This document shows, piece by piece, positions 55,880-63,400 of a DNA stretch of 64,000 nucleotides. Numbering within the stretch: the first letter of the stretch is position 1; each line of letters opens with the position of its first letter. The position numbers were made by a program, and so were the translations under genes. A model generated the notes under the pieces. It had not been told where the DNA came from and made no database searches. It saw only the letters and a list, made by a program, of their open reading frames with translations. Source of the DNA: a virus (taxonomy: Duplodnaviria; Caudoviricetes); the IMG/VR virus record IMGVR_UViG_3300021964_009400. The stretch is one strand, 5' to 3'.

Positions 55880-56960
55880 AATTGCTGATTTTCATTTACA
55901 ATCAACTAGATTATTTGGAAGATTATTAACTATTACAGATACTCCTTATACTACACTAGTTGGTAAATATGATTATATCTTTACACATAGACAAATAGAA
56001 GATGAAGGAGAAATTGAAAAAATAATTTCATATTGTAAACCAACATCAACTATAATAGTTGATATAACTACCGAATCCGGTCAAGTGGAAGTTTTTCTTA
56101 ATGTGTTTAAACAAATAATAAAAAATTATAATTACAAATTTGTTTTAATAGCAGATGTTCCAATTAAAGAAAATTTAAACTGTAAAGTAATTGATGATTA
56201 TTCACTTGCATTTGCATCTCATTTAAATGATAATTTATTCGGTAGAGTTTATTTTCATAATTGTGGTGCATCCTTAAAACATGGACTAAATAGTTTTAAT
56301 GGTTCTTTAAGAAATCAACGAGTATGGCTAAATTGGCTTTTAGTTCGTAAATTTAAAAATTCAGAACTTCCTTTGAGTGTAGAATTTCATCATTATATCA
56401 ATGGGGAAAATGGACCTGCATTTGTTGAGGAAGTGTGGAACGATTTCCTTAAAAAATTTCCTAAAGAAGTTGAAGAAAATTTAAGGGATAGGCAATTTAT
56501 AACAAAACATACAGAAAAAAATCCTATACTATTAACTGAATATAACAAAGTATCTAGTCTTACAGAGACAATAAATTTAGTAAGTGAAAATGTAGTAGGG
56601 AGTGATATGAATGTAGGTGATGATAAACACCATATAACTTTTACAGAAAAAACTATTAAACCATTTATAAGAGGACAGATTCCTTTAATACATGGTTACT
56701 TTGGATTACAAAATGAATTAAGAAAATTAGGATTTGATTTATTTGATGACCTTATAGATAATTCATATGAACAAGAATCTGATTCTTATAAAAGACTTCA
56801 AATGCTTGTAGATGAATCTTATCGATTATTAAATATAGATACTGAAACTTATTTAAAAAATAATATTAAACGAGTTTACAATAACAAAAAACTATGTGAA
56901 AAGTTAGTTTATAAAGGTAAAACTTTAATATATAACTTGGTGGAAGAAATTATACTCTAA
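55872..56960 (+). CDS. Phage GT-like hypothetical protein
   Basis: INLVSE, TEKTIKPF, GFDLFDDLIDNSYE. Confidence 0.55.
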   Translation: MNRIADFHLQSTRLFGRLLTITDTPYTTLVGKYDYIFTHRQIEDEGEIEKIISYCKPTSTIIVDITTESGQVEVFLNVFKQIIKNYNYKFVLIADVPIKENLNCKVIDDYSLAFASHLNDNLFGRVYFHNCGASLKHGLNSFNGSLRNQRVWLNWLLVRKFKNSELPLSVEFHHYINGENGPAFVEEVWNDFLKKFPKEVEENLRDRQFITKHTEKNPILLTEYNKVSSLTETINLVSENVVGSDMNVGDDKHHITFTEKTIKPFIRGQIPLIHGYFGLQNELRKLGFDLFDDLIDNSYEQESDSYKRLQMLVDESYRLLNIDTETYLKNNIKRVYNNKKLCEKLVYKGKTLIYNLVEEIIL

Positions 56961-56997
56961 AAATTAGAAAAGCCTATCAAAAAATTTTAATATACTA

Positions 56998-57005
56998 TAC
57001 TTATA
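56998..57005 (+). promoter_or_regulatory. Putative late promoter motif TACTTATA
   Basis: Intergenic, before 57021. Confidence 0.4.
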
Positions 57006-57020
57006 ATAAAGGTTATTACT

Positions 57021-57584
57021 ATGGAAAATAAAAATGAAAAGATATTCCCCAACTACGACCCTACACAAGATTTATCTTTAGCTGGTAAGAATAGAAGAAT
57101 GAAAAGAGGCTTGGGTGCAAAACCTTTGTTAGAATCTGAAATTAAAGAGGTACAAACAAAAGCTCGTTCAGCAATGGAAGCAGCAAGATTACTTGGTGTA
57201 TCTTATAACACATACAAAAAATACGCAAGAAAATATGGTATCTTTGAGGATTTAAAAAATCCAGATGGAAATGGTATTCGAAAAGGATATAATATCAAAA
57301 GAGGAAAATATTCTCTTGACGATATATTAAAAGGAGAGTATCCAGAGTATCCAGTATGGAAACTTAAACAAAGATTGCTTAATAATGGTTATATGTTAGA
57401 AAAGTGTAACAATTGTGGATTTGAAGAAAGAAGAGTTATTGATGGAAAAGTTCCTTTAGTATTAGATTTTGAAGATGGTGATAGAAAGAATCATAAATAC
57501 CAAAACCTTAGAATGTTATGTTTTAACTGTTCATTTCTCATCAATGGAAACCTTTCAGGACCAAAAAAAGAATATGAATATTAA
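57021..57584 (+). CDS. HTH + degenerate HNH / Zn-finger protein
   Basis: EAARLLGVSYNTYKKYA helix-turn-helix; CNNC...LDFEDGDRKN...NLRMLCFNC. Confidence 0.7.
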   Translation: MENKNEKIFPNYDPTQDLSLAGKNRRMKRGLGAKPLLESEIKEVQTKARSAMEAARLLGVSYNTYKKYARKYGIFEDLKNPDGNGIRKGYNIKRGKYSLDDILKGEYPEYPVWKLKQRLLNNGYMLEKCNNCGFEERRVIDGKVPLVLDFEDGDRKNHKYQNLRMLCFNCSFLINGNLSGPKKEYEY

Positions 57585-57601
57585 AAAAAATACCTTTTTT
57601 A

Positions 57602-57633
57602 TTTGGTAATCTAAAAAAAAAGTTGTATATTTG
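57602..57633 (+). promoter_or_regulatory. Bacteroidetes primary-sigma promoter
   Basis: TTTG-N20-TATATTTG. Confidence 0.75.
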
Positions 57634-57641
57634 TACTCAAT

Positions 57642-57965
57642 ATGAGTTATATAATCGGAAATAAGTGTGTAAGTGTTTGTGATACTGCTTGTGTAAAGGT
57701 ATGTCCTGTTAATTGTATTCATGGTCCTATCGATGTTACAGGAGCAGGAAATGAGGTTGATAATATGTCACCTGAAGAATTAAAAGGAAAACAATTGTAC
57801 ATTAATCCTGAAGAATGTATCTTATGCGGTGCTTGTGTACCTGAATGTCCTCCAGATGCTATTTTCTATGATGAAGAAGATGCAATTAAAGCAGAAGGAA
57901 ACGATGAATCAGTTAAAAAAAACTATGAATTTTTTGGATTTGAATTTCCTAAAGATAAATTTTAA
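57642..57965 (+). CDS. Dicluster ferredoxin (FdxA-like)
   Basis: CVSVCDTACVKVCP and INPEECILCGACVPECP. Confidence 0.9.
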   Translation: MSYIIGNKCVSVCDTACVKVCPVNCIHGPIDVTGAGNEVDNMSPEELKGKQLYINPEECILCGACVPECPPDAIFYDEEDAIKAEGNDESVKKNYEFFGFEFPKDKF

Positions 57966-57971
57966 AAAAAA

Positions 57972-58003
57972 TTAGGAAATTAAATAAAATTTTCGTATCT
58001 TTG
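57972..58003 (+). promoter_or_regulatory. Bacteroidetes-type promoter
   Basis: TTAG-N20-TATCTTTG. Confidence 0.7.
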
Positions 58004-58041
58004 TATAACAAATAAATATATATTAATATAAAACTAAAATT

Positions 58042-58254
58042 ATGAGTAAATTTTTCGAAGTAACAGTAGAAGTGGTTGTTGCCACACTTAAAAATGGTAA
58101 AGACAAAAAAGCAAAAGAAATCTACTTAGTAGATGCACAATCGGTAACAGAAGCTGAATCAAGAGTTGTAAAAGATTTTGAAGATAGTGGAGTTCAGATT
58201 GACTACAAAGTAAGTGGAGCAAAAGAAAGTAGAGTATTAAGAGTAATTGAGTAA
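58042..58254 (+). CDS. DUF4494-like protein (Bacteroidetes-associated family)
   Basis: FFEV...NGKDKKAKEIYLVDAQSVTEAESRV. Confidence 0.7.
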   Translation: MSKFFEVTVEVVVATLKNGKDKKAKEIYLVDAQSVTEAESRVVKDFEDSGVQIDYKVSGAKESRVLRVIE

Positions 58255-58520
58255 TGAGTAAAGAACCTCAAATACAAGAAAACGAAGTTAAAACTAAAGT
58301 TGCAAAGAGAGTACCACCTGGAGATAGGTGGACTCCTCTTTCTAACTCAACAGTTATATTGGATTCTTTAACTGATGTTCTTGAGTTTATTTATCAAGAT
58401 ACCGGTACAACACAATTTTATATGGATGCCAGAGAAGGATTCGTTTATGTTGTTGATACCGAAGAAATAATAATAGAACCAGAACCAGAAAAAAGATGGA
58501 GTTTATACGGTGAAGAGTAA
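58254..58520 (+). CDS. Hypothetical protein
   Basis: 88-aa coupled ORF. Confidence 0.55.
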   Translation: MSKEPQIQENEVKTKVAKRVPPGDRWTPLSNSTVILDSLTDVLEFIYQDTGTTQFYMDAREGFVYVVDTEEIIIEPEPEKRWSLYGEE

Positions 58521-58650
58521 GTTAAGAAAATTCGTTTTAAAAATAGTATTTGCATACGCAATACTATTCCCATCATCAGGTCTTATAACAGAATTAGAAG
58601 ATTATAATTCTAAAGCACCTGAAGATATGGATGAACATATGTTTATCTAA
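58510..58650 (+). CDS. 46-aa hypothetical protein (not in track)
   Basis: GTG start; MKSKLRKFVLKIVFAYAILFPSSGLITELEDYNSKAPEDMDEHMFI. Confidence 0.3.
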   Translation: MKSKLRKFVLKIVFAYAILFPSSGLITELEDYNSKAPEDMDEHMFI

Positions 58651-58701
58651 AAATATATGTATAAACTTTAATTTAAGTTTACGAAATAAAAAGAAGTTAT
58701 T

Positions 58702-59322
58702 TTGATAGAAACAAATAAATCAATTCTTATCATCGCAGTTCCAAGAAGTGGTTCTACTTCTTTATGTAATGCTTTTGGAAAAAGTTTTTTTGCAATGTTT
58801 GAACCTTTAAATATGCTATTTAGGCCTAAAATAGATACAAAAACATTCATTGAACAAATTTCTAAAAAAAATATAGTTGTAAAAACTATGCCAGACCATT
58901 TACCATATGATTGGAAAGCAGGTGATTATCTAAACTTTATAAAAACTATAATTCCTTATTTTGACCATGTTATTCTTTTGGATAGAAAAAATATAAAGGA
59001 ACAGTATGATTCATATATTAAGTTAGTTCTTTTTATTGAAAAACAAAGAAAAGGAGATTTTTTAGGAAAATCAAATTCAACTGAAAAAAGAATAACCTTA
59101 GCAGAAAAATTTTTTTGGTTACAAAAATATTTAATTAGAGAAATATCTATTAATTATAATCTTAAAATATATTTTTATGAAGATATATTTTTTGATAATT
59201 ATGAATCAATATTTAATGAATTGCGAATTGATATTGATTTAATAGATAGAAGATATTTAGACCCTAAATACAGGTATAAAGACCACCCTTTTAAAGTAGA
59301 ATTTCCAAAAAATTTAATATAG
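58702..59322 (+). CDS. Sulfotransferase-family protein
   Basis: IIAVPRSGSTSL 5'-PSB-like loop, FEP, ILLDRKN..Q..S, YED. Confidence 0.7.
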   Translation: MIETNKSILIIAVPRSGSTSLCNAFGKSFFAMFEPLNMLFRPKIDTKTFIEQISKKNIVVKTMPDHLPYDWKAGDYLNFIKTIIPYFDHVILLDRKNIKEQYDSYIKLVLFIEKQRKGDFLGKSNSTEKRITLAEKFFWLQKYLIREISINYNLKIYFYEDIFFDNYESIFNELRIDIDLIDRRYLDPKYRYKDHPFKVEFPKNLI

Positions 59323-60227
59323 TGAAATATAAAGTAATATTTGTAAATTGGACAAAACCTTTCTTTTATAAAAATAAAGGTAAGGAATATGATGTGGTTG
59401 ATTATGAATTATTAATAAATAAAGTAGCAATAATAAGTGCAAGAAAGTTTTTAAAAGTTCCAATCAAATTATATACTGATGATGTTGGATATTCTTTTTA
59501 TGAGAAACACAACATGATTGAGTTGTTTGATGAAATAGATGTAGATACACTAAATAAACACAATGAACATACTTTAGATGCAGGTAAATGGTGGACAAGT
59601 GGTAAATCAATAGCAATAGGAAAAGAAGAATCCCCATTTTTATTTTTAGATAATGATTTCATAGTTCGAAGTGAATTACCAAAAACAATATTTGATTATG
59701 ATTTAGTTCACACTCATTGGGAATTACACAGAGGAAAATACTTTGTTACAGATGAATTAATTAAAAAATATAAAGTTCCTATAAAAAATTTCAATCAAAG
59801 AATGTTAATGCCAAATACTTCTTTTGTATTTATGAATAATAAAGAATTACAAAATAGTTACTATTGTAATCATCTTAATGTAGTTTTAACTGAATACAAA
59901 GATATACCAGAATGGTTATGGTTATTATCAGACCAATCTATTCTTGGTTATTGTGCAAGAGAATTGAATTCAAAAGTTGGGTGTATTGAGGATAAAACTT
60001 ATTTAGGATTTTCAGAAGAAGCATTATTCTCTGATGTATCTCAAAAAGATTGTGGTTATTCTCCAATGTGGGTTGATTCAAATAGTTCGAATATTATTGG
60101 CAATTTTAAGTATTGGCATATTTGGTTAGAGAAACATCACATGCATAAAAATTTAAAATATCGTAAAAATGCTATAAGTAAACTAAACAATATTCTAAAT
60201 CAAAATAAAAATAAAGTTTTATTATGA
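59322..60227 (+). CDS. GT-like protein (DUF6734-like)
   Basis: IKLYTD, PFLFLDND DxD motif, DQ near the C-terminus. Confidence 0.5.
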   Translation: MKYKVIFVNWTKPFFYKNKGKEYDVVDYELLINKVAIISARKFLKVPIKLYTDDVGYSFYEKHNMIELFDEIDVDTLNKHNEHTLDAGKWWTSGKSIAIGKEESPFLFLDNDFIVRSELPKTIFDYDLVHTHWELHRGKYFVTDELIKKYKVPIKNFNQRMLMPNTSFVFMNNKELQNSYYCNHLNVVLTEYKDIPEWLWLLSDQSILGYCARELNSKVGCIEDKTYLGFSEEALFSDVSQKDCGYSPMWVDSNSSNIIGNFKYWHIWLEKHHMHKNLKYRKNAISKLNNILNQNKNKVLL

Positions 60228-61036
60228 TTGAAAACTTTTATTTTTTTGGTACGTCATATTCTGCAGGTGGTGGTTTAAAAAACCATAAAACAGAAAATTT
60301 ACACTGTCAAAATTACTTAAAAAAATTAATTACGATTTCGAAATACAAAAATTTACCAAAAAATTATTCAGTATCATATGAATTTAAAAAACTTTTAGAT
60401 ACAAATCATATAAAATATAAAAATATTAAAAATTTATCAAAAGGAGGTTATGGTCTCGAAAGAATATTTAGAGAAGTTCACAAATTAATTTTTGATAGTA
60501 ATTTTAATAAAAATAAATCTATACTAATAATTGAATTATCAGATAATATATGGAGAAGGGATTTTTATTATAATCCAATAAAAGATTATGTTGTTGGTAC
60601 ACATAGAAGAGGATTAGATTCATTTTATATAATGAACAAATTTTGGGAAGATAGTAAAAGTACTATAAATTCATTTTTAAAAAATAAAGAAAAAATAATA
60701 GATTTTTTTAAATTAACTTATGATGTCAATGAAACTATAAAAAAATCTGAAATTGATACTTTAATGTTAATATCACTATTAGAAAACTTAAAAATTAATT
60801 ATGTTTTTTCATCAGGTCCTTATTATGTAAATCAAAATAAATTAAATAAAATAAATTTTAATTACGATAAAATAATATTAGATGATTTAGAAAGTTGGAT
60901 TGTTGAAAAAAAATTAGATATACATAGTGAAAGTAAAGGTAAAGTACCAGATGCACAACATCTTGGAATAGTTGGAACAAAAATACTAAGTAAACTAATT
61001 TTTAATAAAATCTTTAAAAATAAAATTTTAATGTAA
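60224..61036 (+). CDS. SGNH-hydrolase-like protein
   Basis: FFGTSYSAG, NLSKGG, DAQHLG..G. Confidence 0.55.
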   Translation: MIENFYFFGTSYSAGGGLKNHKTENLHCQNYLKKLITISKYKNLPKNYSVSYEFKKLLDTNHIKYKNIKNLSKGGYGLERIFREVHKLIFDSNFNKNKSILIIELSDNIWRRDFYYNPIKDYVVGTHRRGLDSFYIMNKFWEDSKSTINSFLKNKEKIIDFFKLTYDVNETIKKSEIDTLMLISLLENLKINYVFSSGPYYVNQNKLNKINFNYDKIILDDLESWIVEKKLDIHSESKGKVPDAQHLGIVGTKILSKLIFNKIFKNKILM

Positions 61037-61714
61037 ATGAAACGTATTGATAATTTATTAGATAATTATAAACCTGATAATTTTTTTGTATTACAAATAG
61101 GTGCACACGATGGAATAACATTAGACCCAATTTCAAGTAAAGTAAAAGAGAATGGTTGGAGTGGATTATTTGTAGAACCTGTTGATTATTTATTTGAAAG
61201 ATTAAAATTAAATTACAAGGGTTATGATAATTTAAATTTTGAAAATTCTATTATATCCAATAAAAAAGGATATGTAGATTTTTATGAATACCCACAAGAA
61301 TCAGAAAATGATAATGAATTTCCTTATGGTTCTTGTATGGGTTCAGTTTTAAAACCATTTGATTCGATTGCACATAAAAAGTTAAAATATGATGTTATCA
61401 AAAAACAATATCAAAGTTTAACATTCAATGATTTGATTGAAAAATATAATATAAAAAATATTGATTTACTACAAATAGATGCTGAAGGTTATGATGGAGA
61501 AATAATTTGTAGTATTAATTTTAATAAAGTAAGACCAAAATTTATCAGATATGAAGATAGGCATACTGATATTGTTTATAATAAAAAATTAACAAAAGTT
61601 TCATCAAACGATGTAGTAAGTTATTTAAATGAAAATAACTATACAGTTGGTGATATAGAAAATGGTTATGATAGAGTTTGTGTATGTAATTCTATTTTCA
61701 AAAGTCTAATTTAA
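61037..61714 (+). CDS. FkbM-family methyltransferase
   Basis: QIGAHDG, VEP, IDLLQIDAEGYD. Confidence 0.88.
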   Translation: MKRIDNLLDNYKPDNFFVLQIGAHDGITLDPISSKVKENGWSGLFVEPVDYLFERLKLNYKGYDNLNFENSIISNKKGYVDFYEYPQESENDNEFPYGSCMGSVLKPFDSIAHKKLKYDVIKKQYQSLTFNDLIEKYNIKNIDLLQIDAEGYDGEIICSINFNKVRPKFIRYEDRHTDIVYNKKLTKVSSNDVVSYLNENNYTVGDIENGYDRVCVCNSIFKSLI

Positions 61715-61715
61715 T

Positions 61716-62288
61716 ATGAAAACTGCTTGGTTCTTTGGAGATTCTTTTGTTTATGGTTGGGGTTGTAAAGATAAAACCAATGATAAGGATAAAATAATGT
61801 CTCAAATTGTATCTGAACATTTAAATTGTAAAGAAAATAATTTGGCACAATATGGATATTCAAATGAAAATATATTATTTAGTATATTGACAAACATAAA
61901 TCAAATTAAAAAAGGAGATTATGTTATTATATTTGATACACATTCACTAAGGTCACCATTCGTTAGAGAAGATTTAGATTTCTATTCTAATTGGCCAGAA
62001 CTTTCATATTTTCAGATACCAAAAAATAAGAGTGATATGTATTACTCGTTTAGACTAGAGTTAATATCAAAACTTTTACCTTATTATCAAAGTATGTTTA
62101 ATAATCTCGTAGATTTTCTTAAATCTAATGAAATAAATTCTTATTACTTTCCATCTAATGATAAATGGTGGATAGATAAAAAAATAAATCACAACTCACA
62201 AGAAGATGGAGCACATTGGAGTTTTAAGGGACACGCACAAGTTGCTAAATGGATAATAAATATTATTGAAAAAAATAATCTAATTTAA
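61716..62288 (+). CDS. SGNH-hydrolase-like protein
   Basis: FFGDSFVYG, NLAQYGYSN, DGAHWS..GH. Confidence 0.7.
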   Translation: MKTAWFFGDSFVYGWGCKDKTNDKDKIMSQIVSEHLNCKENNLAQYGYSNENILFSILTNINQIKKGDYVIIFDTHSLRSPFVREDLDFYSNWPELSYFQIPKNKSDMYYSFRLELISKLLPYYQSMFNNLVDFLKSNEINSYYFPSNDKWWIDKKINHNSQEDGAHWSFKGHAQVAKWIINIIEKNNLI

Positions 62289-62289
62289 A

Positions 62290-63054
62290 ATGAATTTAAT
62301 TTTTAGTTTTTCAACACATATTGGAGATTATAAAGGTGGTAGGTACACTAAAGATAATAAAACAGACCATGTTTTAGAAATGTACAAAGTTGCAATGGAG
62401 AGGGCAAATGATTTTGGTCATGAAGTGAAGTTTTATGGTTGTGATTATTGTATTGATTTTCTAAAAGGTTATTATCGTGAAAGTGTAAGTGTAGAAAATA
62501 TTGACTTTGATATTACTGATGATTTAAAAATGTATATTCATAGTAAAGAAGAATCAGGTATTGTAACTATTGATGGTGATTTGATTCTTAATAAAAAGTT
62601 AAAAATAAATGAAAATGCAGATGTGGTATTTGAACAAATAGAAGAAGTACTACCAAATAAAAATCCATCGGGGTCACAAGCACCAGAGATATTTAAATCA
62701 TTGGAAAAATATGATGTTTATAATAAATTTAAACACTTTATCAAAGGTAATGATACAATGTATAATGTGGGTATATTGTATTTTAAAAATAATGAAATAA
62801 AAAAAATATTTTTAGATTCTTTTTATAATATCAAAAAATGGTATTTAACTAATGTAGAACCTAACGAAAAACTAATTCCAAAGGGAGTGATTGTTTCAGT
62901 TATTCTTTGTCAATATTATTTTAAGTGTATTTCAGATAAAAATAAACTAAATGTAGAATTTGCAGAAAATACTAATGATTACAAACATTACTATGGCCAT
63001 GCTAAATTCCATAAAAAGATTTTTCAAATTATAAAAAATAAAACAACAATTTAA
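62290..63054 (+). CDS. GT-like protein (related to 59322)
   Basis: VTIDGDLIL DxD motif, YNVGIL, HYYG. Confidence 0.5.
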   Translation: MNLIFSFSTHIGDYKGGRYTKDNKTDHVLEMYKVAMERANDFGHEVKFYGCDYCIDFLKGYYRESVSVENIDFDITDDLKMYIHSKEESGIVTIDGDLILNKKLKINENADVVFEQIEEVLPNKNPSGSQAPEIFKSLEKYDVYNKFKHFIKGNDTMYNVGILYFKNNEIKKIFLDSFYNIKKWYLTNVEPNEKLIPKGVIVSVILCQYYFKCISDKNKLNVEFAENTNDYKHYYGHAKFHKKIFQIIKNKTTI

Positions 63055-63083
63055 ATAATAAAACATAAAAGAAAATAATCTAA

Positions 63084-63091
63084 TATTTATA
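63084..63091 (+). promoter_or_regulatory. Putative late promoter motif TATTTATA
   Basis: Intergenic, before 63125. Confidence 0.45.
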
Positions 63092-63124
63092 TAAAGTAGA
63101 AATACTATAAAAAAAAGAAACACT

Positions 63125-63391
63125 ATGAATACAATTTTAATTATTTTAGCAATTCTTGCAATTGGAGCAGGAGTTTATTATTTCGGATTCTACACAAAAG
63201 GTAAAATCAACGATAGAGATGGGGATTTTATTCCTGATGAAGTTGAAGATGCAGTAGAAGATGTAAAGAAAGTTGCGAAAACTGTAAAAAGAAGAGCAAA
63301 AAGAGTAAAAGAAGAACTTGGAGATGTTGTGAAAGCAGCAAAAGGAACACCAAGAAAAGGTAGAAGAAAGTCTACTAAAAAAACTAAATAA
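63125..63391 (+). CDS. Membrane-anchored small protein with a DxDxD Ca-loop and basic tail
   Basis: N-terminal TM, DRDGDFIPDE, Lys/Arg-rich C-terminus. Confidence 0.6.
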   Translation: MNTILIILAILAIGAGVYYFGFYTKGKINDRDGDFIPDEVEDAVEDVKKVAKTVKRRAKRVKEELGDVVKAAKGTPRKGRRKSTKKTK

Positions 63392-63400
63392 GGAGTACAA

